Of a stretch of DNA of 64,000 nucleotides, positions 28,548 through 40,769 are shown piece by piece; within the stretch, counting starts at the first letter, position 1, and every line of letters begins with the position of its first letter. The stretch is from the human T2T-CHM13v2.0 reference genome, Homo sapiens: assembly GCF_009914755.1 (NCBI RefSeq), contig NC_060928.1; one strand, given 5' to 3'. Below the pieces are notes generated by a model that saw nothing but the letters and a program-made list of their open reading frames with translations, did not search any database and had not been told where the DNA came from. The translations under genes and the position numbers were made by a program.

Positions 28548-30224
28548 AGCAGACTTTTTGGAGGCGAGGAACTTGAGCCCAGAGGATGCAGGTTTGAAAA
28601 CAGTTTCTCATCAAGGGACATTTGGAAATCCTCATTGAAGGGCACCGAGGCGCGGGCTGTGGGAAGTTATGGGACTTTGTGTTGATGCTGCTTTTCTTGG
28701 TTATGTGGTCTTTGTCCCTTTACCTTTTTGTTTCTTCTCTGTCTTATTTTTGATGGAAAGTGAGTACTAATTTTAGCATACATATTCATTGGGGCTATTT
28801 TGAGAGACAATATCATAAGAAAAGCTTTTTTGTTTTTGATAGTCTACCATAAAGAATGTAAAGTTCTGCCAGTTTTGGCCCTCCCAGGACAGGACCACGA
28901 GGGGATTTCACCAGGTTTGGCCACAAGGTTGGATGCAGAAATGAACCAAGGGCCTAGAGCGAGTGGAGTGAGGTGACGTGCAGGAGCAAAAGAAAAGTAA
29001 GGGAAAATGAAGGAAAGGGGAGGGCAGAACAAGTGTGTTGACACTTCTGGGTATTGTTCTCTGTAAACTGGAAAATGACCCTGTAAAAATAGCAAAAAAG
29101 AAAAAAGTAGTATTTTACATCAGGCATGTTCATGATTAGATATAATTTTATTGTATCTGCACTTTTTTTCAGATTTTACAGTTCATTAAGGGAATGTCTA
29201 CAAAAGGGTTTTCTCTTCCCCTGCTCTCTTCTCTCTTCTATTCCAATAAGCCTCTTCTCTGCTGTATTATGTTTTGCATTCTGAAAAATGGGTGTCTGTG
29301 TCCTGGGACGTTGAAAGGGGAATTTTCCTGCGTTTCGGAATAGAAATGGTAACCAAAAGAATTGTGATGGCCGTGAATAACCCAGACCTTTTGTGTCATG
29401 AGTATTTCTGGCACAAGGGCCACAGAAATTCTAGTCAAGATGTGTTGTAACAATGGTGCTTGAACATTAAAGGAAATGAGTTGCTGTGGTACATAAAAGG
29501 CATGCACAAAAATAGTGCATTTTAATTTAATAACCATTACATCTTCAAAGTTACATTTTGAAGAGTCCTTTGGTCAAGTGAGATTTTTCTAACTTCTCCC
29601 CAAATTGGGACTGGCCTGACACACATGTTCCAGGTATTAATTCCTTTCTCTTCCTAAGTAAATCCATTCCCTCCTAACATGCCTGAAGAATTGAGTGACT
29701 TCTTCACGTGTCTGTTTTTAATAAATCATTATGTTATTTACTGTTCTCTCAGCTGTGAGCAGGGTCCGGAACACAGAAGTACTAAGTGCTGCACTTGGGC
29801 ACACAGTGTCTCCACAGAAAAGAGGCTGAAATCACATCTGCTGAGTTTTGACTGGTACTTATTGCTACTCCGGTCCAACCTGCAGTGATTCCCCAGAAAC
29901 AGAGCTATCCGATGGGTCCTGTTGCTCATTAGTCTTAGAAGGGCACCTGCAGTGGTTCCATATTTACCAGGGATTTTTTTTTTTTCAAATAAAGTTATTT
30001 TCACTAATGGGAGCAAAGATGTACTCTGTTCCCCAGACCTGAGATTTGGAAGCAGGAACTGACTAGGGATGTTCCCTCCTCTATTACGCTTCCATGATTC
30101 TTGAAGGTGCCCAACCTCAGTCCATCTTACTGCTTGGGTGAGAAACCATGGTGGTCTGTGTCTGCTCCCCTAGCTCACACCCAGTGCTGAAATGTCTCGG
30201 TTTGACTGTCCTGCCCTATTTTGT

Positions 30225-30425
30225 GGCACGACAGCTTAGAGGTTCAGCATGTGGTTACTGAACTTATACTGCCTGGTCCAGTTCCTCATTTTACAACTCA
30301 GGGAGCTACATAACCCTGTAATGTACTGAATAGTTCTTACCCCAGAGGTAAAATCAGGTTGATGATAATAGTTCACCTCTTAGTGTTAAATGGAATAAAA
30401 TTCGCAAAGTATCTGGCACACACAA
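30225..30425 (+). mobile_element. MIR SINE (diverged)
   Basis: 'acagcttagaggttcagcatgtgg', 'gtaaaatcaggttgatgataatagttcacct', 'tctggcaca'. Confidence 0.55.
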
Positions 30426-31500
30426 TTTTTTAAGGTTTCTATTTTTCTGTTTGTTTTTGATACTTCATACATGTATGTATGTTCTGTTTCTTCCTTCATC
30501 CTCCTTCCCATAGTCTGTTCAAGGCACTTGTGGGATTGTTATAATAAAGTCTCAGGCAGTCCTAAGCAAAGGGAACATGGGAAGGATGAAGAAGAATGAA
30601 GAGAATGTATCTAGAGAACTTATGTTCTATTTACATGAGATCTGAAATCTCTCTACAGTCCTCCATTCTATTGCAGTGGACACTTGAAAAGTGCTCCAGA
30701 AGCAAATGTTGCCACAGCAAACATTTCCAAGGTGCTGAGCAAAGTGAGGCAGGGCAGTGATTGCCCAGACTGTGTGAGGATCAGGACCACCTGAAGGCCT
30801 TTAAAGACTACCTGAAAGTGGCCAGTAGATCTGGGAGTGTCTTTACTTCTAAAATATTCTCCACTTGACTTAGATTTCTAAACAGGAGTTATCCTGTTTA
30901 GAAAGGCTTGCCTGGTAGTATCAACAGCAGGATTTTGGAAGAGGTGTTATAGTAAATGTGAGCACTACATGGCAATCATGCATAGAAAAAGATGCGGAAT
31001 GATGTTTTCCAATACCATTATTCATCAGATAAAAGTCCAATGGTACTCTAAGTGAGCTTGACTTTTGAAATCAGCCTGTAGAACTATGTCAGTGAAAAGT
31101 CCCTTATATCAGGGACTGAAGGGTGGAAAGTAAGGACAGGGACTGGATATATTGTATTACCTATTTTATTTCTGCAACGTTGGTGTCAAATTTACTTTAC
31201 TTGTTTGACATGATACACATGGGGAGGAAAATAAAAATCAGAATGACACCAAAAGGCATGTTTTCTTGGAACACACTCAATTATAATTAAGGACACCCAT
31301 TACCCACCAGCAACTTTTACTGCTCAGAGAATATTGTTTCCATCTGGGGTCAGTCCTAACCCCAAAGACACAATCCCAAACACCATAATCCCAAATGTTG
31401 AAATCACAAAAGATCAAAATCCCTAAAGTCTAAAATCCCTAATATCTAAAATTCTGGAAATCACAATCCCAAAATATTAAAATTCAAATGTTGAAATTCT

Positions 31501-31689
31501 TTTTTTTCTTTATTTCTTCTAAAAAAATGGGATACATGTGCAGAATGTGAAGGTTTTTTATATAGGTATGCGTGTGCCATGGTGGTTTGCTGCACCTATT
31601 GACCCGCCCTCTAAGCTTTCTCCCCTCACCCCCACTCCCCAACAGGCACTGGTGTGTGCTTATTCTCCTCTCTATGCCCATGTGTTCTC
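31501..31689 (-). mobile_element. L1PA8-like 3' end inserted in Ricksha
   Basis: 'tttatttcttctaaaaaaatgggatacatgtgcagaatgtg'; 14-bp TSD aatgttgaaattct/aatgtggaaattct. Confidence 0.88.
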
Positions 31690-31861
31690 AATGTGGAAAT
31701 TCTGAAAGCCACATTCTAGGGAAGTGATCCATCAGTTTTCTTGGTATGCAGGATAGTTGCATCATGTTAGACGGAACTATTACATTGTTATTGTCTTTAT
31801 TTGGAAATTAAGTACGTTTTAAGGAGATGCCTATGGGTGCCAAGTTGAGAGGAAGTGGACT

Positions 31862-32421
31862 TGTGGACTTAATTTTAGGTGTCATCCATTTTGACTGGAT
31901 TAAGGGATATCTGGAAAGCTGGTAAAGCACTATTTAGGGCATGTCTGTGAGGGTGGTTCCAGAGGAGATGAATGTGTGAGTCTGAGTGGACTAGGTAGGG
32001 GCAGATCAGCGCTCAGTGTTGCTGGACACCATCCAGTCAGCTAGGGGCCTTGGAGAGAACAAATTCAGAAAGTGAATTGGTCTCTCTCTGAGAGCTGGGA
32101 CAGACTTTGCTTCTGGGTGCCTTGGAGATCAGATCTCCAGGCTCACTGGCCTTTGGGCTTCAGGACTTACATCAGCAGTCCCCCATGTCCTGAGGTTTTG
32201 GCCTCAGAATGAGAACGACACAATCAGCTTCCCTGGGTCGGAGGCTTTGGGGTTTGACTAGACCATGCTACCAGCATCCCAGGGTCTCCAGCTTGCTGAT
32301 GGCCTATTGTGGGGCTTCTCAGACACCCTAATCACATGAGTCAATTCCCCTAAAAATCCCCTCACATATCTATATACATAACCTATTGGTTCTGTCTCTC
32401 TGAAGAATCCTAACTAATACA
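31862..32421 (+). mobile_element. ERVL LTR MLT2B carried inside Ricksha
   Basis: 'aattttaggtgtca...gactggattaaggga...ctattggttctgtctctctgaagaatcctaactaataca'. Confidence 0.88.
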
Positions 32422-32477
32422 GATTTGGTATTGGGAAAGGCAAATGTCATTCTTTCTTACTGTACTCCTTATAACAT

Positions 32478-32684
32478 ATGGGAGAGACCTGTGAAATTGT
32501 TCCTTTGCAAAAAGACTGCGATATGGTAAGTGTATGAGACTACTTAATGGTGAAACATGTAAAAGCAAATTATTATTAGTGCTGCAAAAGCAGAAAATTG
32601 TTTAATTACAATGGCCAAGCAATAGCCAAACTTTCAAATGGACAGCATATACTTAGAAAACTTGTAGACCACAACCACTCTCCA
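32478..32684 (+). pseudogene. Decayed FLYWCH zinc-finger N-terminus of the MULE transposase
   Basis: In-frame translation MGETCEIVPLQKDCDMVSV*DYLMVKHVKANYY*CCKSRKLFNYNGQAIAKLSNGQHILRKLVDHNHSP. The W-x-C...C...H-x-H pattern is restored by TAG>TGG and TAC>TGC. Confidence 0.75.
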
Positions 32685-34401
32685 AGTACAAGTGCAGAGT
32701 GTTTTGAAGATCACAGAAGTGAAAATACAATCAAAAAGGACAAGAAATCTCCCCTGCCAAATTATTCAATTGAATATGACTTGTGCCTCTTCACACATAG
32801 CGCCAATTCACTATGCTGTGTTTTATCTTCACATCATTCCTGGTGCTAGAGTACGCATTGTGTAAAGACTTTTACAGAGTTCTAATTTGTTCTATGCATT
32901 GTTTTTGCAAATTTGACACCATGAAAGTGTATTATCACAATGTTCACTTTGCATGTAATCATTGTGCATGTAGATAAAAATGTTGAGACTTTCTCAATAA
33001 ATGAAGAAATGTTCTTTTTGTACATGTGAACTTGTAAAAGATAAAATTTCTTGAGATCTTGGCTCTTTGGGTGACCATATATGTGCTGGTGACCCATTGT
33101 GGTTTTCGATCAATCTCGTCAAAAGATATGTTGTCTGTCATGGTATTTCAGATGACCACAGTTATAAAGCTGTGTGCACACAATCACCAGTCATGGTGAT
33201 ATGCATTTGTATATTTAGCTTTTTGACCGATTTCTTTATAAATATGGTTTGTCTGCTCATAATTGTTATATCCATGTACCCATTATTACTATAACTATTT
33301 ATGCTTGCAAAAATATGTAGGTTATTATTGCCTATTGATTGTGTAGTGGCCTATAAAGTGTTCTGTTGTGGTTTTATATGTTTCTCAAATAAATTCTCTT
33401 TTAAAATGTAAGTAAATGTATTTTAAAAAATTTTTATTATGTTTTTCAGATTTATATTTTTGAGCTATTGGTCTTTTAGGATTGTGATTTTGGGGATGTT
33501 AGACTTTAGAAATTTTGATCCTTTTGTATTTAAACATTTCGGATTGTGTGTCTTTTGGGATTACAGCCCAAACCCATGTCCACCTGATTGCCTTCTAACC
33601 AAAAGTGGGAGAGTAAAGCTTTGGAATATCATCTGGCCTAGAACTAAATGTGGACAAGCAGCTTTATTTATTTATTTTTGTAGCCAATGGGCAAGAAAAC
33701 TGAGGAAATCTAAACTCTGGAATTACAGAGAGTAAAGAGATTTAAGAAAAATTTGCCTTCATCTTCTCTTTTACTAGACCTGAAAATAGGTATTTAGGCT
33801 GGGAAACTATTTGAGGAATTCAATTAATGGTTCTTTATTCTATGGAGTAAAAAAGACTAATTGGTTGTCTTCACTGGTGAAGTCCCCAAATAATTGCTCA
33901 ATTCTTTACTAATTCTGCCAGCCTAATTCTGCCAGGTAACACTATAAAGCAGCAGTATGTGACCTGAATCATTCTCGACTACCTTGAAATCTAATTTTGC
34001 CTGTCAAACTAATGTTTAGCTCCAGAACATTAGTTTGATACGTTTGATGTCCTTGGAGGACAACGGGCACCTCTTGCTGCACATTTCCTGGCTGCCCAGC
34101 ATATGACATGGCTCAGCCTCCTCCAAGTCATCTGTAGACATTTCTTGCCACAAAATTCCTCATGCTAACCCCTCTGCTCTTTCTCTTACCTCTTCTTCCT
34201 CTAACTTCCAAAAGCTGGATCCCCTACATGTGACAATTGCTTTTGCACAGCTCCTTGGTCAGTGGTTTTTGATCTCCAACTTTACTTTTTTTCTTTATAT
34301 CAGCAAATGAATAAAATTGTCTATTCCATCTTTAGTACAAGTGTTATTACTATTACCAGTATTTTTTCCATTACTACTACCATTACTGTCATCAGTGATC
34401 T

Positions 34402-34862
34402 TGTCTTAGGGTTCTCTGGAAAAACAGAACCGATAAACTGAATCAATCTCTCTCTCTCTCTCTCTCTCTGGATTCATTATGAGGCACTGGTTCCCATCAT
34501 TATGTGAGCTGAGAAGTCCCATGATATCTGCTGTTTGCAAGCTGGAGACCCAAGAAAGCTGATGACATAATTTAGTCTGAGTCCAAAGGCCTGAGAACCA
34601 TGTGAGCCAATGTTACCTAAGTGTAGGAAAAGATGAAATGAGATCGCCTGGCTTAAGCAGTAAGGCAGGAAAAGGGGCAAATTCTTCCTTCCTCTGCCTT
34701 ATGTTCTGTTCAGAACTGCAATGGATTGGATGATGCCCAACTACAATGGGGAGGGCACTTTGTTAATCTCGTGCAGAAACCCTCACAGACACACCCAGAA
34801 GCAATGTTTAATCTGAGTATTCCATGGCCCCCTAAAGTTGACACATAAAATTAACCATCACA
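34402..34862 (-). mobile_element. ERVL LTR MLT2C/D with (CT)n tract
   Basis: 'agggttctctggaaaaacagaacc', 'ctgagaagtcccatgat', end 'gttgacacataaaattaaccatcaca'. Confidence 0.9.
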
Positions 34863-35262
34863 AATGTAGATGATAGTGAAACAATTCTAACTTTTGTTGA
34901 ATACTTACTATGAAAGAATCACTTTGCACGAAGGTGAGGAGAAAACAGCTAGTGTCCACCAGTGACTAAGTGGAGGCAGAATTTTAGTGCAAGTGAGTTT
35001 GTAGCTTATACATTTTAGGTTATTAGGCAATTTAAATTCATCAATAGAATGTATTAGTTTGAGTTTTATGAAAAAATTTCAGCTTTCTTTTTGTTCATTG
35101 TTTTGAGTGAATTTTAAGTAATTTTTCTTGTCTTTTTTGGGTGACTTTGATATGACAGGATGCACAGGATACCCCAATTCATTGGTTCTGATAGAAAGAA
35201 AGGAAAGGAAAGCCAAGTAAGAAACTAGAAGGGTATTGAAAAGATGCACTTATCTCCAAGGC

Positions 35263-35895
35263 CAGTGAGGCACTGAACAGGCCCGTACCAGCTCAGGAGA
35301 GCTAATTTGTTCATCCCTTAACAACTTTGTGTTCAGTGACTGATTTCATGTTGGTAGCTTAAAATCAGCCACAATGAGATTATTTACATCACATGAAATG
35401 GCAATTGCTACTGTGTTCGTTTCCTGTGGTTGCTCTAATAGGATTCCAAAATCAAAATGTTTGCAGGAACCATGCTCCCTCTGAAGGCTAAGGGGAGAAT
35501 TCATTCGTTGCCTCTTCCAGCTTCTGCTGGCTCCAGGGATTTCTTAACTTGCGGCCACATCACTCCAATCTCTGCCTTGGGTCACATTACCTTCTTCTGT
35601 CTCAAAACTCCAGTTGCTTGTCTCTTACAAGGATACATGTGATTATATTAATGCTTAGGGCTCACCCACTAATTAGGTTAAGCTCCTCCCGTCAAGATCC
35701 TTAACTTCATTCCATACTTTGCCTTATAAAGTCATACTCATTCTTTTGCGATATAAGGTAACACTCACATGTTCTGGGAATCAGGACGTGAATTTTTGGG
35801 GCCACTGTTCAGCTCACTAGAGATACAAAAATGTTTTGTTTTTGGTTTTGGTTTTGTTTTTTTTTCTGGCATGTTGGTTTGCTTGCATACCACTG
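35263..35895 (+). mobile_element. MER63A-like hAT-Blackjack element, split by MLT1
   Basis: CAGTG...CACTG termini; core 'gttcagtgac...catgttggtagcttaaaatcagcca'. Confidence 0.75.
35412..35821 (-). mobile_element. MaLR LTR MLT1C/D-like, internally deleted
   Basis: 'gtttcctgtggttgct', 'gcctcttccagcttctg', 'ggccacatcactccaatctctgcc'; TSD gctac/gatac. Confidence 0.85.
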
Positions 35896-36814
35896 ATCCT
35901 GTATTAAATTTAAAAAAATGTTTAACTGGTGTGATGCAGGACACAGCCCTTCAGAGCAAGTACTACCAGGAAATTGCTGGTGCAGTGAAAGCGGTGTGTA
36001 CCGACTGGCTGCTTTGCCTGTGTCTTTATCACTTCAGAGGGTAGGTGCAACTGTTTATATTATTGACACATAAACGTAACGTTTCCTACACTGTTCATTA
36101 TAGTGGATGGCACTGATATTTTTAAAATTGTAAAGTGATATGGAATGGCCATTATAAGAGAATGACTTTTTTTACTGATGTCCTAAATTCATAATTGGAT
36201 TTCTTTTTTAGCCTCCTTAGATTTTCTGCGTTTCTAAGTTTCCCTTTACGTCATATATCTGCTTGCTTTTCTTTTACAAGTATCCCAGTGATAACTTTTC
36301 TTAGCCATAATTCCGCCCATAGGTGAAAATCCATATTTAGAGTGGGGATCAGGAAAAGTTTGTTGACAGTTTGTGTAGGTTATTAACTAACGAAATAAAA
36401 TTCAGGGAATGGCACCCAATCACTTAGCTGTTTAAAAAGGATAGTAGATAGAGGGTTTGTGACAAATAATCTTGAACGGCCAAGACACTGGCATTGAAAG
36501 TTGTTTTTGTTCATTATTCCTGCACTTTTTAGTGGATTTTACAAAAAGAAAGTGTGACTATACTTATGCTACCTATATTATTATTTTCAGTAATTTCCAG
36601 TAGAACTGAATACCACCAAGTTCCATTAATTTTGTGACTCTTCTTAATTAGTTCTTTGGCTAATGTAAGTTGTTGCCTTGCAGATGGATTGACTCTTAAA
36701 ACCACATTCTCTCAGCGTGGAGCCTACACTTATTAGTCAAGTGATCATGCTTTAAATTGCTTGCTAGATATAGTTGGTCCTAAGGCATACCATAAACATC
36801 TGCTTCCTCTGGGA

Positions 36815-36980
36815 CCATGGTTTTTTATCTTTGCTGTACATTAGAGTCACCCAAGAGCTGATAAAAATCCTGATGTATGGGCCAATTACAAACGAATCTC
36901 TAAAGGCTGTACCTAGTCTTTAGTATTTTTCAAACTCCCTACCTGATTTCAAATGTGCAGGCAAATTTGGGAACCCCAAA
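36815..36980. mobile_element. MER5A
   Basis: 'gctgtacattagagtcaccca', 'aaactccctacctgatttcaaatgtgcaggcaaatttgggaacc'. Confidence 0.75.
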
Positions 36981-38046
36981 TTACTGCTTAATAGGAAATA
37001 GCCATGGCTCTTTTCCCAGGTAAGATGGGTCTTTAAAAATAATCATTTTTCCCCCTTTTCCCGGTTATAGTTACAATTTTAATATAGGTCATGGTCTGAA
37101 ATATTCAATTAAGTATGGTAAGTTTTTTTTCCCTCCTTCCCCTCTATGTAATTTGGTTTATTGCCCATTTATTTTACACAGGTAAGTGTTTAAATCGAAT
37201 CCAAGAAACATGCTAATTTGAATGCCTACTGTGTCCTCATCCATGGCCACAAAATGTAATGAAATATCCACTTCTGTTTACAGCACAATCTAATAATAAT
37301 TATATGAATTATTAATAATTTTTAAAAAAGATTAGAAGCAACCTTTTATCAGAGATCTTAAGTGTCCCTAGTGCCATCATACAAGGCTGGAATCATATAT
37401 TAAATAATATTAGACATTCAAGTGTTTCTGTTATATGCCCAGTTTGTTGTTCACTCTATCGGGGAAAAGCATGACACTTTCAAGAACCATAAAATTCATG
37501 GTATTAGCCCCAAATATGCCCAACTATCAATTACCCGGAACAAATGTGTATCCCTATTATAAGTTAACCATGCTAACTTTCACTCTCCATCCTCAGATAT
37601 CTCACTACCATTTTATTGCTTATGGGTATTACCAGCTGATGAGGCTGAGGGCCGGGAGATACACAAATAAACAGTTAGGTGAGAGATAAAGTTGAATGGA
37701 TTTCCCTATGTAAATTTTTTTAATGTTAAAAATTTTAAACTATGGATACTTTGCATTTTATAGAAATGTCACATACTCATTATAAGAAATCTAAGAAATG
37801 CTGAAAATTTGACAGCAATATACAAAGAAAAATCTTACATTTAGTAATAACCAGTATTTACTATTTCATAAAAATAATCCCAAATATCTGTCTATGTATA
37901 TGTACTGAGAGAAATGTTCCATAGATAGACATTTTTAAGAGAATGGGACACTGCCACACATGATATCATTAATATTAAAATTGTTATATTTATTTTTGCT
38001 TAAATTAACAGAATAAAAATTCAAATATAATTAAAGAAATTGTTGA

Positions 38047-38359
<313 letters not shown>

Positions 38360-38419
38360 AGGGATGCATTTTGTTACCTAAAAATCCCTCCGAAGTTCAG
38401 GAAGGGTAGTATGAAAACC

Positions 38420-40000
38420 ATTAAGAATCTGGAGTCAGCATCTTCCAATTTTATAGATTATGAATTGACTTCTTGATATGAAATATGAAGGAATAATATT
38501 TTAAAAATTTTCTTCCACTTCCTTACCACAATCTACTGATTATTTTTACTTATAGTTTTACATTGTTAGTTTAGAACATTTACACTTCTGCTGTATAAAC
38601 ATAATATCTATAATTGTTTAATATTAATATTTTTCCATGGTTTCTCCATCAGCTGTGATGAAAGTGACAAAATTAGGTAATGGATGTCTTATTAAATTAA
38701 ATTGTTAACACCTAAGAATAGTAATAACACAATAAGTTTGTTAAGTAAATAAAATTCCTGGGGTATTTATAATGATTTATATTTTACTGGCTGGGTTTAT
38801 GGTTGAGTAGCGTTTTAAAGAAAGGGCTCATTGGTACTGTATTCTTTGATTGTTTTGATTCAAAACTGTTTTCTATTTTCATTTATAATAATAATTTCCA
38901 CTTACCTTCAGATATACATACCTACTATTTAATTTTGCAGTGGAGAAGTCTGAGGCATTCTAGCTTTTACTTCTTTACAAAAGGTGTTTTTTTGTTTATG
39001 TTTTCCTGTCTGAAGTATTCACTATTTTCTCTGCCTGGAGAATCCTGTATTCTTAAAGTTTATTTACCAGCATTTTGCTCATGTTGATTACTCTGTATCA
39101 AAGTTTCATTGAACATAGTTTACTCTTTTGATCTATGGATTTGTATCTTCCTTGATTTTCTGTATTATTTATCTTATTGTTTTTTCTTTTGGGAGTTCTC
39201 TACTGCAGGGATCTCTCCTCTTATATTTATGTCTGATTATCTTAGTCAGTTATGTCTGCCATAAAAATGTCTCACAGGTTGGGTGGCTTATGAACAACAG
39301 AAATTTATTTTTTATGGTCCTGAAGGTGGGAAGTCCAAGATCAAGGTACCAGCACAGTCTGTGTCTGGTGAAGGTCCACTACACTTCCTGGTTCATAGAT
39401 GGCGCCTTCCCGTGGTATTCTCAAAAGGTGAAAGACCTCTTGAGGAGAAAGAGCTCTCCAGGGTCTGTTTTGTAAGGGCACTAATCCCATTTATGAGGGC
39501 TCTGCTCTCATCATTTATTATAATTACCTCTGAAAGACTGCAGCTCCTAATTCCATCACTTTGGAGGTTACAATTTCAACATATGAAATTTGGGAGGGCA
39601 AAACATTTAGCTATAGCACTGATCTTCTTACTCTTGATGTGTGTCTTCTCTCCAGTGACTAGAATCTCTGCATTTTTATAATTCATTAAGATTATTGTAA
39701 TGCTTTCTTCTGTGTCATTAAGATGACTTTCAGCAGTATCTTTTTTGTTTCTTGCTCCTCATGTTTTGTTTAGAAGCACTACAATATTCATATTGTAGTT
39801 ATCAATGTTTTTTATTGGCTTTACAATCTACATCTCCATTTCATTCTGTAATTTTGTCATCTTGTGTTTGAACTCTTGTATAGTAAATTTATATTCTTAT
39901 TAAGTTCTTTCCATAGCCCCCCAAAAATTTAGAAAATCCTATACTATTTCCTGAGTTATTTTTTTTTCTAGATTAGACTGACTGGATTTTTGTTTATTTA
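38420..40000 (-). mobile_element. Very old L1M/HAL1-like fragments interrupted by MLT1A
   Basis: T-rich antisense ORF-like composition with 'ggagaagtctgaggca' and 'ttctgtgtcattaa'. Confidence 0.45.
39238..39618 (-). mobile_element. MaLR LTR MLT1A/A0
   Basis: 'aacaacagaaatttatt...gggaagtccaagatcaaggtaccagca...tttcaacatatgaaatttggg'; perfect TSD ctgat/ctgat. Confidence 0.9.
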
Positions 40001-40769
40001 TTTCTGTTTCTCTGTGTGTGTGTGTGTCTCTCATATGCTGTATGGTAGTATGCACGTATATAGTATGTAGTACACTGTAGTATGCTTGTGTAATGGCTAT
40101 ACCATTTCCATCTTTTCCAATTCACATGAGTAACTCCCCCCAGACTTCTCTTTAATATTGTGTAGTGTTAAGTTTATGTTTTTCTTGCTGAGCTAGATCT
40201 TAGGTCTGTTTTTGGTTTACAAATAATTTCTTTTTTTGATTGAGAGGTGTCAAGGTTAGAGATCAAGATTCCTTGGCTGGGAATTGTTCATTTTCTTTCT
40301 GAGGGTGTTCTGAGCTTTGCTTTGCTGGACTTGTGCACACACACATGAACACACACACACATACACATGCCCACAAAAGTTTATATCAGGACCCCTGGAC
40401 CCAGCCAGAAGGTATGTAGCTGGTGGCTGTGAGATTGGAATATTTGTCCAATTCCACACAGAAACTCTGCTTCCAGGTAGGCTCCACAGTGTTATCTAGA
40501 GGTTTCTTTCTGGAGAGGTTTTTCTACTTTCTAGAGGGATGACTATTTCATGCTTAGTCTTGCACCCAAAAGAAGTCATTCCAGACTGGAGAATGTAAGT
40601 TAGATTACCATGATTTTGTCAATTCACTTTCTTTTCTTGTTGTTGTTGATATTTTGGGGGACAAGCTATGTTTAGAAAACATGCCATATACTACTGGAAA
40701 TGTGTGTTGTTATCTTTTGGCACCACTTTTCAAAGTTGAAGGCATAAAGTTGTTTTTTTATTATATGGT

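Larger units (their letters stand above)
31347..33576 (+). mobile_element. Ricksha (MULE/MuDR) DNA transposon, both termini present
   Basis: Left end 'gggtcagtcctaaccccaaagacacaatcccaaacaccataatcc' and inverted right end 'ggattgtgtgtcttttgggattacagcccaaaccc'. Subterminal AAAATCCC-type repeats; approximate 10-bp TSD tttccatctg/tgtccacctg; internal MLT2B LTR. Confidence 0.88.

Noticed and set aside
31350-31500. Regularly spaced AAAATCCC-like short repeats, superficially array-like
   Set aside because: Subterminal repeats of Ricksha, mirrored at 33470-33570. There are no CRISPR-type spacers or cas genes.
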